A stretch of DNA of 59,507 nt from Candidatus Omnitrophota bacterium (GCA_050012075.1 JBEKHW010000006.1:1-59507), one strand, 5' to 3'; numbered from the stretch's first letter, positions 9,538 through 20,879 are shown. The notes: generated from the letters alone by a model not told the origin. Translations and numbers: made by a program.

Positions 9538-9614
9538 TGGTGGGCGATAGAGGACTTGAACCCCTGACCTTCTGAATGTAAGTCAGACGCTCTAACCAGC
9601 TGAGCTAATCGCCC
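9538..9614 (-). tRNA. tRNA-Val(TAC)
   Basis: Cloverleaf; anticodon arm TCTGA-CTTACAT-TCAGA; encoded CCA. Confidence 0.95.
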
Positions 9615-9626
9615 GATTTCAATTTC

Positions 9627-10292
9627 TTAATAAAATAAAGATTCAACGGCCTTTATTGGATCGGCGGCTTCCAATATGGGCCTGCCTACCACGATATAAT
9701 CTGCCCCTGCTTTAATGGCTTCCTGCGCAGTAGCCGTCCTTTTCTGGTCATCTGCTTTTGTGTCTTTAGGCCGTATCCCCGGGGTAATAATCAAAAAATT
9801 ATTTTTTATTTTTCCTCTTAACAAAGAAATTTCTTTCGCAGAACAGACAACTCCGTCTAATCCGCAGCTAATCCCTCTTTTTGCTAATTGTAAAATTTCA
9901 CCTGGATGGGCTTTTTGACTGGTTAACACCGTAACCCCTATTAAAAGCGGCCGTTTCATCTTTAACCGGGCTGCTTCCTCCCTGCCGGCTTTAACTGCTG
10001 CCTTAAGCATCTCGTCTGCGCCCTGGATATGTAGTGTCAGCATTTTCACTTTAAGCCGCACCGCGCTCTTTACGGCATTGGCAACGGTATTGGGTATATC
10101 AAAGAATTTCAGGTCCAGGAACACTTCTCTTTTCTTTTTCAGGATATACCTGATAATTTCTGGGCCGCACTCAGTAAAAAGCTGCGCGCCTATTTTGAAT
10201 ATCCGGACACAAGGAGAAAGCTTATTGACAAAGTATTTTGCTTTCTTAGTATCACCCACATCCAGGGCTACTATAACCCTATCCTTTAACAT
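9627..10292 (-). CDS. pyrF: Orotidine-5'-phosphate decarboxylase
   Basis: VIVALD, FLDLKFFDIPNTV, TPGIR, VVGRPI. Confidence 0.97.
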   Translation of the reverse strand: MLKDRVIVALDVGDTKKAKYFVNKLSPCVRIFKIGAQLFTECGPEIIRYILKKKREVFLDLKFFDIPNTVANAVKSAVRLKVKMLTLHIQGADEMLKAAVKAGREEAARLKMKRPLLIGVTVLTSQKAHPGEILQLAKRGISCGLDGVVCSAKEISLLRGKIKNNFLIITPGIRPKDTKADDQKRTATAQEAIKAGADYIVVGRPILEAADPIKAVESLFY

Positions 10293-11235
10293 TCAAGCTC
10301 CCGACGATATCTTTAATATCATTTATTTTATTGCTGACAAGATAATCTTTTATGCCCGCGACAATTTCTACTGATACGGCGGGGTGAATGAAGTTCGCCG
10401 TTCCCACGCTTACAGCGCTTGCTCCGGCGATAATAAATTCCAGGGCGTTTGAAGTGTCCATTATACCACCCATACCGATAATAGGGATTTTTACTTTCTG
10501 ATAAACTTCCCAGACCATGCGCACCGCGATAGGCCTTATGCTCGGCCCGCTCAGTCCTGCGGTAACCGTAGAAATTTTCGGGGTTCTTCTTTTTACGTCT
10601 ATCCCCATACCCAACAATGTATTAACTAAACTTACGGCATCGCTACCTGCCTTTTCCGCAGACAGGGCAATTTCAGTAATATCCGTTACATTCGGGGATA
10701 ATTTTGTGATGATTGGCTTACCCGTATACTTGCGCACCATCTTTACCGTTTCGAAAGTAGCGGCTGCATCCTGCGAAATTAGGCGTGTGACTTTGTGACT
10801 TTGTGACTTTGTGACTTTTATATTGGGGCAGGAAATATTCAGCTCCAGCGCAGCGACGCCAGAAAGCCTGCCCAGTTTCCTGGAGAGCTCAATAAACTCT
10901 TCGGGGTCGCTCTCTGCAGAAATACTTACAATTATCGGCACGCCTATTTTTACCAAAAAAGGTAACTTTTTCTTTATGAATTCATCTATCCCCGGATTCT
11001 CCAGGCCTATGGAGTTTAGCATCCCCGACGGAGTTTCACAGGTGCGCGGCGGGGGATTACCTTGGCGCGGCTTCAAGGTAATGGTCTTGGTAACTATCGC
11101 GCCTAACTCTTTTAGGCGTATAAAACTACTGAACTCCTCGGCATAACCAAAGGTTCCCGAAGCAACCATAACCGGGTTTTGCAATCTGAGGCTTCCTATT
11201 TTAACAGAAAGTTTCGGCTGCATATTATTTCCCAA
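10279..11235 (-). CDS. pyrD: Dihydroorotate dehydrogenase 1B, catalytic subunit (alternative start 11223)
   Basis: NPVMVASGTFG, MLNSIGLENPG, ELNISCPN, KLSPNVTDI. Confidence 0.95.
   Translation of the reverse strand: MGNNMQPKLSVKIGSLRLQNPVMVASGTFGYAEEFSSFIRLKELGAIVTKTITLKPRQGNPPPRTCETPSGMLNSIGLENPGIDEFIKKKLPFLVKIGVPIIVSISAESDPEEFIELSRKLGRLSGVAALELNISCPNIKVTKSQSHKVTRLISQDAAATFETVKMVRKYTGKPIITKLSPNVTDITEIALSAEKAGSDAVSLVNTLLGMGIDVKRRTPKISTVTAGLSGPSIRPIAVRMVWEVYQKVKIPIIGMGGIMDTSNALEFIIAGASAVSVGTANFIHPAVSVEIVAGIKDYLVSNKINDIKDIVGSLNVKG
10787..10818 (-). repeat. (AAAGTCAC)x4 inside pyrD
   Basis: GTGACTTT x4 on the + strand; encodes [11 protein letters not shown]. Confidence 0.95.
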
Positions 11236-11584
11236 GGATCATATAAACTGCTATGGCTAATAGATACATTCCGAATATTTTCTTAAGCAGCGGGTCAGAG
11301 ATATGGTGCACAAATTGCGCGCCAAAAAGGCCTCCGATAAAAAAACCAAGGCAGACAAGCCCTGCAATCCCTAATTTTACATTTCCTGCCTGCCAGTAGC
11401 GCCAGGCAGCTAAAAGGCCGATAGGCGGAACCAGTATTGCCAGGGTTGTGCCTTGCGCCTGATGCTGGGTTAAACCAAACAGATACACCAGCGCAGGAAT
11501 AAGAATCGTCCCGCCTCCGATACCGAACAGCCCGCCGAATATTCCGGCTACTAACCCTAAAATTATATAAAATATCTGGCTCAT
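11225..11584 (-). CDS. Half-size TSUP (TauE/SafE) family membrane protein
   Basis: GLFGIGGGTILIP...HQAQGTTL; start MSQIFY has a GGAGG SD. Confidence 0.8.
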   Translation of the reverse strand: MSQIFYIILGLVAGIFGGLFGIGGGTILIPALVYLFGLTQHQAQGTTLAILVPPIGLLAAWRYWQAGNVKLGIAGLVCLGFFIGGLFGAQFVHHISDPLLKKIFGMYLLAIAVYMILGK

Positions 11585-11604
11585 AAACCCTCCCGCATAA
11601 ACGC

Positions 11605-12756
11605 TTAAAAACTCGGCTCTATGCACAAAACCTTATATTTCTTAAAATCCTTTAAGCCCCCCTGGATAAAACTCAGGTTCGTCAGGTATTTCATCTTGCA
11701 CCAAACCCAGAATTTATCCTTGGGCTCCATGCCAAAGTTCCATTTGACGTATTGATAGGCGAAGTAAGCTGCCGATAAAATGGTTATTAGGGTAAAAATC
11801 TTCATACCAATTCCGGCCAGCACAAAACTTAAAATCAATCCAATGACAGCAAGGGCTAGAAAAAAATGCATTAGATGAAAATTGCCCAGATAGGCAAAAC
11901 CCCTGAGTGGAAAAGGCAATATAAAAGAAGGGCCTCCCTTGATGAACTGCAATATAACTTCAAGCCCTTTCCTCTTGACATACTTATCAATTAAGGGCAG
12001 GTGCGCCTGTCCGTATGTCACCCATACTTTTCTTAACGCCTTTAGGTCCGCCCTGTGCATATGGTCGACTTTTGCCTTGGGAGCAAAATAAAATTTAAAC
12101 CCGGATCTTCTACATTCGTAGCTTAAATTCATATCCTCACCGGTAGGCCTTTCCCAGAATTTTAAATTGAGCTTATCCAGGGCAGCCTTTCTATACGCGA
12201 CATTGCAGGTGCCGAAAAAATACCCTTTGTGGCCGCCGATGTCAGAGGGTTTGGGGTCTCCCGGGAAATCCGGATAATACCCTTCTTTAATAAAACCGTA
12301 ACGGGGGGAAACCATGTTGAAACGGAAATGCTGGCACCAGGCCTCGACTAAATTATTCGGGTCAACCTTTAAGGTATAAACCTCTCCTCCCACAGCGGCG
12401 ATGCCAGGGTCATTGTCAAAATGTTTAAGTATCTCATTAATCCATTCCCGGCAGGGCGCGCAATCGGCGTCGGTGAAAAATAAGAAATCCCCCTTAACCA
12501 CCTCCAGGGCTTTATTACGCGCATATCCCGGAGAGGGGCAGTTGGGTATCTCCACGAGCTTTATAAAAGGGTACTTCTTTTGCCAATTCCTGATTATTGG
12601 AACGGTTTTATCGGTAGAGCCGCCGTCTGCGATAACCCACTCCCAGGCATTGTGGGGATAATCAACGTTCAGCAGATATTCAAATGTCCTTTCAATGGTG
12701 CGCTCAAAATTCTTTACCGGTATGATTATGGAAACAAAAGGTTTTTCGGACATCAT
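11605..12756 (-). CDS. GT2 glycosyltransferase with C-terminal TM helices
   Basis: SIIIPVKN, DGGSTD, DAD, GED motifs. Confidence 0.85.
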   Translation of the reverse strand: MMSEKPFVSIIIPVKNFERTIERTFEYLLNVDYPHNAWEWVIADGGSTDKTVPIIRNWQKKYPFIKLVEIPNCPSPGYARNKALEVVKGDFLFFTDADCAPCREWINEILKHFDNDPGIAAVGGEVYTLKVDPNNLVEAWCQHFRFNMVSPRYGFIKEGYYPDFPGDPKPSDIGGHKGYFFGTCNVAYRKAALDKLNLKFWERPTGEDMNLSYECRRSGFKFYFAPKAKVDHMHRADLKALRKVWVTYGQAHLPLIDKYVKRKGLEVILQFIKGGPSFILPFPLRGFAYLGNFHLMHFFLALAVIGLILSFVLAGIGMKIFTLITILSAAYFAYQYVKWNFGMEPKDKFWVWCKMKYLTNLSFIQGGLKDFKKYKVLCIEPSF

Positions 12757-12765
12757 CGTCCTCCC

Positions 12766-12826
12766 TTAAAATAAGCCATGCCTCTGGCGTTTATGGCTTA
12801 TTTTACTCCGCACTATGTGCGGAGCT
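12766..12826. repeat. Double-hairpin intergenic element, copy 1
   Basis: 57/61 identical to the reverse complement of 42832-42892. Confidence 0.9.
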
Positions 12827-12834
12827 AGGTTCAG

Positions 12835-13614
12835 CTATCTTTCCGTCCATATTATATCATCCGCAGCAAAAACCGGGCCGTCTTTACATACCCTCTTATA
12901 ACCATCCCTTGTATCTATAACACAACCAAGGCAGGCCCCTATGCCGCAGGCCATATGTTCTTCCAGGGAAAACTGCGCTGGAATATTGTTTTTCTTAGAA
13001 ATACGGGATACCTCTTTAAGCATAGGCCTTGGTCCGCAGGCGTATATAGTTGATGGTTCATAGTTCATGGTGGATAGTAAATAGTTTAATAATTCTGTAA
13101 TTTTACCCTTAAACCCTCTTGACCCATCGTCAGTTGCTATTTTAACATCGCAGCCAATGCTTTTAAACTCTTTTTCGCAAAGAGTCTGGCTTTTTGTTTT
13201 GGCGCCAAGAAGAACCGAAGGTTTACTATGAACCATTTTTTCTGCAAGAAAAACTAACGGCGCGACACCCATGCCTCCGGCAACAATAATTGCTTTCCCT
13301 TTTAATAAATTAAACCCGTTCCCGAGCGGGCCGATTACATCTAAATATTCCCCGGTTTTCTTTTGTGACAGGATTTTGGTGCCCCTGCCGACTATTTCAC
13401 AAAGGATATCAAAATTGCCTGCTTTAACCCGATGTATACCCAGGGGCCTGCGTAAAAACGGGCCATCCTCATTTACAACTTCTATTTCCACAAACTGTCC
13501 CGGCCGGGCAAAAGAAGCGATTTTACGGCTATCAATAGTCAACTTAAAATATTCTTTCCCTATTTTTTGTTTGCCTACAATATGACATTTTTCCTGAAAG
13601 ATTTTTTCTCTCAT
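12835..13614 (-). CDS. pyrK: Dihydroorotate dehydrogenase electron-transfer subunit
   Basis: PGQF, LRRP, GPLGNGF, GGMGVAP, MACGIGACLGC...CKDGPVF. Confidence 0.95.
   Translation of the reverse strand: MREKIFQEKCHIVGKQKIGKEYFKLTIDSRKIASFARPGQFVEIEVVNEDGPFLRRPLGIHRVKAGNFDILCEIVGRGTKILSQKKTGEYLDVIGPLGNGFNLLKGKAIIVAGGMGVAPLVFLAEKMVHSKPSVLLGAKTKSQTLCEKEFKSIGCDVKIATDDGSRGFKGKITELLNYLLSTMNYEPSTIYACGPRPMLKEVSRISKKNNIPAQFSLEEHMACGIGACLGCVIDTRDGYKRVCKDGPVFAADDIIWTER
13046..13086 (-). repeat. Heptamer tandem array inside pyrK
   Basis: AACTATT TACTATC CACCATG AACTATG AACCATC AACTAT on the sense strand; encodes NYLLSTMNYEPSTI. Confidence 0.8.
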
Positions 13615-14189
13615 TTCCCTAACAATGCCCAGATTTTAATTAAAAATACAAAAGCAGCTGCTGTCAAAAAAGAAGGGAGTTCGGGCTTAGCCCAGGATAG
13701 TTGAAATTTAATCCCGGAATCCAGGCGCATCAAGCTTCTTATCCCTGGGAAAAACCTTGGGGTATTTTTGCAGTAATCCCCAAATGAGCCCCCGAAAAAA
13801 TCGCGCAGCTTTTTTTCTTCAATCCTAATCTGCGGGATATAAATTGAAAGGTATATTATCAAAAAAATTAAGCTGCCCCACCACCATCTTAAGATTAGAA
13901 TGATTATCCCCAGGCCTACAAGAAGCGTGCCTAAATACATCGGGTTTCGTGTTAAAGCATACGGCCCTTTTGTAACAAGGGTTTTCCCGTCAGGGTTCAA
14001 CTGGGCCTTATAACCCCTTGCGGCCATCCTTAAAAAATAACCCGACAGGAATAAGGTCAGGCCTATCAGGTCAAGAATAATTTTGGCAATACTGCCATCC
14101 GGTCCTGGCAATAAATATTTGTGAAAAGCTGCCAGCATAACAACAGCTAAAAATATCAGGAACCCTTGGATTTTTATTCTTTTCTTCAT
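13611..14189 (-). CDS. ICMT/PEMT-family membrane methyltransferase
   Basis: LVTKGPYALTRNPMYLG, EEKKL...YCKNTPRF; TAATG coupling with mutM. Confidence 0.8.
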   Translation of the reverse strand: MKKRIKIQGFLIFLAVVMLAAFHKYLLPGPDGSIAKIILDLIGLTLFLSGYFLRMAARGYKAQLNPDGKTLVTKGPYALTRNPMYLGTLLVGLGIIILILRWWWGSLIFLIIYLSIYIPQIRIEEKKLRDFFGGSFGDYCKNTPRFFPGIRSLMRLDSGIKFQLSWAKPELPSFLTAAAFVFLIKIWALLGK

Positions 14190-14989
14190 TATTTCTGGCA
14201 ACGCGGGCAGAAATAAGTTCCCCTACCGCCTAAGCTAATTCTTTTAACCGGCATCTTGCAGATCGGGCAGGGCTTACCTTCCCGGCCATACACTTTATGA
14301 TGCTTTGCATAATCGCCCTGCTCTCCTGACAGTTGAACATATTGGTCTATCGAAGAACCCTTATATTCAATCGCTTCTTTCAGGGTTTCAATGAGCTCTT
14401 TAAAAAGCAGCTCTTTTTCTTTATCACTTAAAGACACCGCCGGCCGTGCGGGATCAATTTTTGCGCGAAAAAGTACCTCGGCAGCATACAGATTGCCCAC
14501 GCCGGAAATAAATGTCTGGTCCATTAAAAGCGGCTTTATCTTGGTTTTCTTCTTATCCAGCATCTCCTTAAATCTTCCCGCGTCAATATCAAAGGGTTCG
14601 GGGCCAAGCCCCTTAATGAATTTCAAATCGCGCCAATCATTGATTAAGCGCAATTCAGCAAATAAGCGGCGGTCATTAAAATCCATCTGTTTGCCATCGG
14701 AAAGCTTAAAAGTAACTCTGCTTGCTTTGCCGTCTCCGGGATAAATTAATTGCCCGGTCATCTTAAGGTGAATTGCCAGGGCCTTTCCGTTAGAAAATTC
14801 CATAATTAAAAGCTTGGCTTTTCTTAAAATATTTTTGACTATCGCGCCCTTTAATCCTTTAACAAAATCTTCCTTTTCCGGCTCACGGATGACTTTGGGG
14901 TTATGAACGATTACATCGACAATCTTCTTGCCCAAAATCGCCTTTTCTAATTCTCTTTTTATTGTTTCTACTTCGGGCAGTTCCGGCAT
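14189..14989 (-). CDS. mutM: Formamidopyrimidine-DNA glycosylase
   Basis: MPELPEVE, HLKMTG, GVGNLYAAE, C-terminal Zn finger. Confidence 0.97.
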   Translation of the reverse strand: MPELPEVETIKRELEKAILGKKIVDVIVHNPKVIREPEKEDFVKGLKGAIVKNILRKAKLLIMEFSNGKALAIHLKMTGQLIYPGDGKASRVTFKLSDGKQMDFNDRRLFAELRLINDWRDLKFIKGLGPEPFDIDAGRFKEMLDKKKTKIKPLLMDQTFISGVGNLYAAEVLFRAKIDPARPAVSLSDKEKELLFKELIETLKEAIEYKGSSIDQYVQLSGEQGDYAKHHKVYGREGKPCPICKMPVKRISLGGRGTYFCPRCQK

Positions 14990-15385
14990 TTAACACTCCA
15001 GGGCTTTTACCCACACTTCTCTTACGCGTGGCCCGTCTGCTTCACATAAATATATTCCCTGCCAGGTTCCTAAGGCGAGCTGTCCTTCCTCTACAAATAT
15101 AGTAAGTGACGAACCCAGAAGGGAAGATTTCACGTGGCTATCTGCATTACCCTCTGCATGCGCATATCCGGCATTCTCCGGGATTAATTTGTTTAAGGTG
15201 TTTATTATATCCTTCCTTACTGAAGGGTCTGCGTTTTCGTTAATGGTAAGGCCTGCGGTAGTGTGGGGGGAAAAGATAAAACAGGCGCCTTCTTTGATTT
15301 TTGTTTTGCTGACTACATCTTGCACCTGGGATGTAATATCTATCAACTCTGCGCGCTTGCCTGTCTTTATTGTTATTTTCTCCAT
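14990..15385 (-). CDS. yjbQ: YjbQ/UPF0047 family protein
   Basis: [32 protein letters not shown]. Confidence 0.92.
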   Translation of the reverse strand: MEKITIKTGKRAELIDITSQVQDVVSKTKIKEGACFIFSPHTTAGLTINENADPSVRKDIINTLNKLIPENAGYAHAEGNADSHVKSSLLGSSLTIFVEEGQLALGTWQGIYLCEADGPRVREVWVKALEC

Positions 15386-18300
15386 CTCTTGACTTGTGAC
15401 TTTGTGACTTTGTGACTTTGTGACTTTTTATGATACTGCTGCAAGGGCTTTACTTCCAGCCTGTGCTTAATCAATGCCTCAACTCCCTTTACACAAGCTT
15501 CTGCCCCCGGCAAAGTAGTCACTACCGGCACGCCGAAAGCGATTGCCGTAGAACGTATTTTTATCTCATCCTGGCGCGGGATTTTCCCGGAGGTGGTATT
15601 AATAATTAAATTCACTTTATTCGTCCGGATTAAATCCAGCAGGTTTGGCTTACCCTCGCTTACCCGCTGGATGGTGCATACAGAAATCTTATTCCCCTGC
15701 AAAAACCGGGCAGTGCCCACGGTAGAAATAATCTCAAACCCCAGGCCCAATAATTTCCTGGCAACCGCCGCAATAACCGGATTTTTATCCTTATCTTTGA
15801 CACTTAAAAAAACCGCGCCCTTGACAGGGAGATTCTGGTACGCTGCCAGCTGGCTCTTGGCATAGGCCTTGGCAAAATCCATATCTATACCCATTACCTC
15901 ACCCGTCGACTTCATCTCCGGGCCCAGGGTTATATCTATGCCGGGGAATTTAACAAAAGGCAGCACCGATTCCTTCACCGCGATATGCCGGGGGATAATT
16001 TCTTTTGTAAACCCGAGGTCCTTCAGTTTTTTCCCCGCCATTACCTTTGCTGCTAATTTTGCGAGGGGCACTCCGATAGCCTTAGAAACAAAAGGAACGG
16101 TGCGGCTTGCCCGGGGGTTAACCTCTAATATATATACGGTGCCATTCTTAACCGCGTACTGCACATTCATAAGGCCTACGACACCAAGCTCGCGCGCGAG
16201 GGAATAGGTATATTGCCGGATCTTATTGATAGTCCCCTGGGGCAGCGTATGCGCAGGTATTACCATTGCTGCGTCTCCTGAGTGCACACCCGCTTCTTCG
16301 ATATGTTCTAATATTCCGCCGATAACAAAGGTCTTGCCGTCTGCGACCATATCTACGTCAACCTCAATCGCATCCTCGATAAATCTATCCACCAGGACAG
16401 GCCGTTCCGGAGAAGCCCATACCGCATGCTGCATATAGTATTCTAGCGTCTTTTCATCATAGACTATCTCCATCGCCCTTCCGCCCAACACATATGAAGG
16501 CCTGACCAAAACCGGATAACCTATCTTTTTAGCTACTGCTTTTGCCTCCTGTACGGTCACCGCTGTTCCGTTAACAGGTTGCATTAATCCCAGTTTCTCC
16601 ACTAATTCCGAGAATCGTTTTCTGTCCTCTGCGCGGTCAATGGCATCGGGAGAAGTGCCGATAATATTGACCCCCGCTTTTTCAAGAGGGACCGCCAGAT
16701 TAAGGGGCGTCTGGCCGCCAAGCTGCACTATCACGCCGTCCGGCTTTTCCTTATCAATAATATTTAAGACATCCTCTTTGGTCAACGGTTCAAAATACAA
16801 TTTATCCGAGGTATCGTAATCAGTGGAGACGGTTTCGGGGTTGGAATTTACCATTATCGTCTCATATCCCAACTCTTTAAGCGCGAAAGACGCGTGGACG
16901 CAGCAGTAATCAAATTCTATTCCCTGGCCGATACGATTAGGCCCGCCTCCGAGTATCATAATTTTTTTCTTTTTGCTCTGCCTTGTCTCATTGTCCGTTG
17001 TTTTTACTGCCCCGGCGGTAAAAGGCGTCTCATATGTAGAATAATAGTATGGCGTGTAGGCCTCGAATTCGGCAGCACAGGTATCCACCAGCTTATATAC
17101 CGCCTCAATCCCGCAGGACTTACGTAAAGACCTTATCTTGTCTTCATCGCTATTTAATGCTTTGGCAATCTGGCTGTCGCTAAAACCAAGCTGTTTTGCC
17201 TGTAAAATATTCTTCTGGCTAATCTTTCCTTCAAACTCAATTATTTCTTTTAAGTTCTCTAAAAACCACCTGTCAATCCTAGTTAACGCGTACAGCTTAT
17301 CTATCGGATAATTCTCCTTCAGGGCCTCGTACAGGTAAAATAGCCGTTCCGCATTAGGGGTCTTTAGTTTTCTCTCGAGCTCTTCTTTGTCTTTATATTT
17401 TATCCCGTCGAGGCCGTTACGTTTTATCTCAAGGCCACGGATACCTTTTTGCAGCGCCTCTTTAAAGGTGCGCCCGATAGCCATTACCTCTCCTACGGAT
17501 TTCATCTGTATGGTCAGGGAGTTCTCTGCTGTGGGAAATTTTTCAAAGGCAAAACGCGGGATTTTTACCACGCAGTAATCTATTGTCGGCTCAAAAGAAG
17601 CGGGCGTTTCCCTGGTAATATCATTGGGTATTTCATCTAAAGTGTAACCTATCGCTAATTTGGCCGCTATTTTGGCTATCGGAAAACCCGTGGCCTTGGA
17701 AGCAAGGGCCGAAGAACGCGATACCCGCGGGTTCATTTCAATAATGACCATCCTGCCGTTGTCCGGGTTTATGGCAAACTGTATATTTGAACCTCCGGTT
17801 TCAACTCCGATCTCTCTTATGCAGGCAATGGCGGCGTCGCGCATAAGCTGATATTCCCTGTCGGTCAAGGTCTGCGCAGGCGCAACTGTAATGGAATCCC
17901 CTGTATGCACACCCATCGGGTCAAAGTTTTCGATGGAACAGATAATTACTACATTGTCTTTCTTATCCCGCATCACCTCGAGCTCAAACTCCTTCCAGCC
18001 GATAACCGACTCTTCGATGAGAATCTCTGAAATCATGCTGGATTCAAGTCCGCGCAAAGCAATTGCCTCAAATTCTTCCTTGTTATAAGCAGCCCCGCCT
18101 CCGGTTCCGCCTAAAGTAAAAGAGGGCCGGATAATCACGGGAAACCCTATCCGCTGGGCAACCTTACGCGCTTCTTTAATATTGTAGGCGAGGCCGCTTC
18201 TGGGCAGGTCAAGGCCAATCTTTTGCATCGCCTTTTTAAATAGCCTGCGGTCTTCGGCCTTTTTAATTGCCTTTCTGTCTGCGCCGATCATCTGCACCTT

Positions 18301-18633
18301 GTATTTATCAAGGGTACCTCTTTCGGCAAGCTGCATACTTACATTAAGGCCGGTCTGTCCACCTAGGGTAGGCAGAAGCGCGTCCGGGCGCTCTTTAGCA
18401 ATTATCTTTTCTAATATCTCGGGGGTAATCGGTTCAATATAGGTTCTATACGCCATCTCCGGGTCAGTCATAATGGTCGCGGGGTTGGAATTAACCAGGA
18501 TAACTTTAAAACCCTCTTCTTTCAGGGCCTTACAAGCCTGGGTGCCGGAATAATCAAACTCGCAGGCCTGGCCTATAATAATAGGGCCAGAGCCAATGAT
18601 TAAAATCTTTTTTATGTCTTTACGTTTAGGCAT
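15373..18633 (-). CDS. carB: Carbamoyl-phosphate synthase large subunit
   Basis: MPKRKDI...[17 protein letters not shown]; two ATP-grasp domains; MGS domain. Confidence 0.98.
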   Translation of the reverse strand: MPKRKDIKKILIIGSGPIIIGQACEFDYSGTQACKALKEEGFKVILVNSNPATIMTDPEMAYRTYIEPITPEILEKIIAKERPDALLPTLGGQTGLNVSMQLAERGTLDKYKVQMIGADRKAIKKAEDRRLFKKAMQKIGLDLPRSGLAYNIKEARKVAQRIGFPVIIRPSFTLGGTGGGAAYNKEEFEAIALRGLESSMISEILIEESVIGWKEFELEVMRDKKDNVVIICSIENFDPMGVHTGDSITVAPAQTLTDREYQLMRDAAIACIREIGVETGGSNIQFAINPDNGRMVIIEMNPRVSRSSALASKATGFPIAKIAAKLAIGYTLDEIPNDITRETPASFEPTIDYCVVKIPRFAFEKFPTAENSLTIQMKSVGEVMAIGRTFKEALQKGIRGLEIKRNGLDGIKYKDKEELERKLKTPNAERLFYLYEALKENYPIDKLYALTRIDRWFLENLKEIIEFEGKISQKNILQAKQLGFSDSQIAKALNSDEDKIRSLRKSCGIEAVYKLVDTCAAEFEAYTPYYYSTYETPFTAGAVKTTDNETRQSKKKKIMILGGGPNRIGQGIEFDYCCVHASFALKELGYETIMVNSNPETVSTDYDTSDKLYFEPLTKEDVLNIIDKEKPDGVIVQLGGQTPLNLAVPLEKAGVNIIGTSPDAIDRAEDRKRFSELVEKLGLMQPVNGTAVTVQEAKAVAKKIGYPVLVRPSYVLGGRAMEIVYDEKTLEYYMQHAVWASPERPVLVDRFIEDAIEVDVDMVADGKTFVIGGILEHIEEAGVHSGDAAMVIPAHTLPQGTINKIRQYTYSLARELGVVGLMNVQYAVKNGTVYILEVNPRASRTVPFVSKAIGVPLAKLAAKVMAGKKLKDLGFTKEIIPRHIAVKESVLPFVKFPGIDITLGPEMKSTGEVMGIDMDFAKAYAKSQLAAYQNLPVKGAVFLSVKDKDKNPVIAAVARKLLGLGFEIISTVGTARFLQGNKISVCTIQRVSEGKPNLLDLIRTNKVNLIINTTSGKIPRQDEIKIRSTAIAFGVPVVTTLPGAEACVKGVEALIKHRLEVKPLQQYHKKSQSHKVTKSQVKRWRK
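15396..15427 (-). repeat. (AAAGTCAC)x4 at the carB 3' end
   Basis: GTGACTTT x4 on the + strand; encodes [11 protein letters not shown]. Confidence 0.95.
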
Positions 18634-19726
18634 ATTTATCCATTAAATCCGTAAACTTTTTAAAAAGGTAGCCGGCGTCATGCGGCCCGGGGCCTGCCTC
18701 AGGATGGTATTGCACGCTGAATAATTTTAACTTTTTATTTTCCAGCCCTTCGGCGGTGTTATCGTATAAATTAACGTGCGTCAAAACCGTCCCTTTCTGC
18801 GGGATACTCTCCAAATCAACACAAAATCCGTGGTTTTGGGCGGTGATAGCAACCCTGCCTGTTTTTAAATCCTTGACCGGATGGTTTCCTCCGTGATGGC
18901 CGAATTTCAACTTGTAGGTTTCTCCGCCCATGGCAAGCCCCAACATCTGATGCCCCAGGCAAATACCGAATATAGGCAGCTTTCCTATTAAATCCCGCGT
19001 GCTCTGTATAACATAGTTTACCGCTGCCGGGTCCCCCGGACCGTTAGACAAGAGAAGCCCGTCGGGTTTTAGTTTAAGGATCTCTGCTGGGCTGGTCTTG
19101 GCGGGTACAATTTGAACTTTGCACCCTGCCCGGGCAAGATTACGCAATATATTGAATTTCACCCCGCAATCTAAAACTACGACTTTGTATTTTGCCCTGG
19201 TTTTCTGCTTTACAAATTTATCTTTCCACTCATAGGGTTCTTTGCAGGTTACTTTTCCTACCAGGTCGACACCGACTAACCGCGGCGCTGCCTGAAGTTT
19301 TTTCATAAGGCTATCTTTATCAAAATCTTTTGTGGAGATAGCTGCCTGCATTGCGCCCTTAAGCCGTATATGGCGGGTTAAAGCGCGGGTATCAATACCC
19401 TCTATCCCAGCGACATTGCTTCTCTCCAGATATTCACCGAGGTCTAGGGTCGAACGCCAGTTGGAGCGGATAATACTTAATTCTTTTACGATAAAACCCT
19501 CAAGCCAGGGCCTGCGGGATTCTACATCCTCCTGGTTTACCCCATAATTTCCGATTAAGGGGTAAGTCATGGTAACCATCTGCCCTTTATATGAGGGGTC
19601 AGTAATTATCTCCTGGTAGCCGGTAATAGAGGTATTAAAAACTACTTCCCCAAAAACTTCACCTTCTGCCCCGAAACCCTCTCCCTCAAAAACTGTTCCA
19701 TCCTCTAAAAACAATACCGCTTTCAT
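18626..19726 (-). CDS. carA: Carbamoyl-phosphate synthase small subunit
   Basis: [26 protein letters not shown]. Confidence 0.98.
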   Translation of the reverse strand: MKAVLFLEDGTVFEGEGFGAEGEVFGEVVFNTSITGYQEIITDPSYKGQMVTMTYPLIGNYGVNQEDVESRRPWLEGFIVKELSIIRSNWRSTLDLGEYLERSNVAGIEGIDTRALTRHIRLKGAMQAAISTKDFDKDSLMKKLQAAPRLVGVDLVGKVTCKEPYEWKDKFVKQKTRAKYKVVVLDCGVKFNILRNLARAGCKVQIVPAKTSPAEILKLKPDGLLLSNGPGDPAAVNYVIQSTRDLIGKLPIFGICLGHQMLGLAMGGETYKLKFGHHGGNHPVKDLKTGRVAITAQNHGFCVDLESIPQKGTVLTHVNLYDNTAEGLENKKLKLFSVQYHPEAGPGPHDAGYLFKKFTDLMDKYA

Positions 19727-20175
19727 TCAAGCACTTCCTTTACTTTACTGACCGCCTCTTCAACTGTTTTGACTTTAAAAACGCCGGGTATATCCCAAGA
19801 GCCTAAGCTTATTACCGGTATCCCAAGCTGCAGGCAATAGGCAATTTCAGAAAGAGTTCCTGCTTCACCTGTAAGCGCAACCACTACATCTGCGCTCTTT
19901 ACCACCAGCACATTTCTAGCTAATCCTAGGCCCGTAGGAACTACTATATCCACATATTTATTGGCATTGTTTTTGTCGTAACCCGGTAGGATACCAATGG
20001 TTATGCCGTTTTCGGCTTTAAAACCTTTACAGACTGCCTCCATTACTCCACTTAGCCCACCACAAACTAGATAATTAACCACTTTAGCTAGTTTTTTACC
20101 TAGTTTATGGGCAATTTGCTCCACTTCTACTGTACACTTGTGCCCACCTATAACACCAACTATTTTCTCTCTCAT
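19723..20175 (-). CDS. TIGR00725-like SLOG/LOG family protein
   Basis: VCGGLSGVMEA, GLGLARN, GTLSEI. Confidence 0.85.
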   Translation of the reverse strand: MREKIVGVIGGHKCTVEVEQIAHKLGKKLAKVVNYLVCGGLSGVMEAVCKGFKAENGITIGILPGYDKNNANKYVDIVVPTGLGLARNVLVVKSADVVVALTGEAGTLSEIAYCLQLGIPVISLGSWDIPGVFKVKTVEEAVSKVKEVLE

Positions 20176-20264
20176 ATGATTCCCCTAAATAAGCCTGCTC
20201 TCTTTCGGGGGACATCTCTTTTCCCCCACACCCCCTAAGGTTCGCTTCCTTACAGCTAACCAAG

Positions 20265-20336
20265 TGCGCCTGGCGGGAATCGAACCTGCACCACTGGCTC
20301 CGGAGGCCAGTGCTCTATCCGTTGAGCTACAGGCGC
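20265..20336 (-). tRNA. tRNA-Arg(CCG)
   Basis: Cloverleaf; anticodon arm CTGGC-CTCCGGA-GCCAG. Confidence 0.95.
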
Positions 20337-20368
20337 ATCTATTGTGTGTATCCGCCGTATCTTAAAGA

Positions 20369-20860
20369 TTAATCAAAAGGCAGGCTCAACTTTTCTTTTA
20401 TTTTTGCAGCCACAGCTCCTGCATCCGAAACCTTAGACTGCTGTATACTAAAGTGCTCGCATTTAGTGGCGCCCTTGTTCAACAAGGCTTTTTTCATGTA
20501 GACAAGACAGCGTCCATTGCCGACGCCGCTGCCGTAAGTAGTAAATAGCACCACCTCTTTACCTTCAAGACCGCTACAGTTATCTAAAAAAGTATTTACT
20601 GCCGGCGCAGGCGCAAAAGCCCAAACCGGACTCCCAAGACACACCACGTCATATCCTGAAAGATCAGAATTAACCGGCTCGATCTTAGCCCGCACCTTAG
20701 AGAATGCCCTGCGGCACTGCTTTATAAAGGATGCTGATTCATCTTGCGCCTTCAATTCGGTGACAACGACTTCTCCTTTTGTCCGTAACAACTCCTCTAG
20801 GGCTAAGGCAACTTTCTTAGTATTGCCGCTATAAGAATAATAAACTACCAAGCTTTTCAT
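20369..20860 (-). CDS. Flavodoxin-family protein
   Basis: VVYYSYSGNT, GSPVW, FTTYG. Confidence 0.85.
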   Translation of the reverse strand: MKSLVVYYSYSGNTKKVALALEELLRTKGEVVVTELKAQDESASFIKQCRRAFSKVRAKIEPVNSDLSGYDVVCLGSPVWAFAPAPAVNTFLDNCSGLEGKEVVLFTTYGSGVGNGRCLVYMKKALLNKGATKCEHFSIQQSKVSDAGAVAAKIKEKLSLPFD

Positions 20861-20879
20861 TATTGCGCCTTACGTTTCA

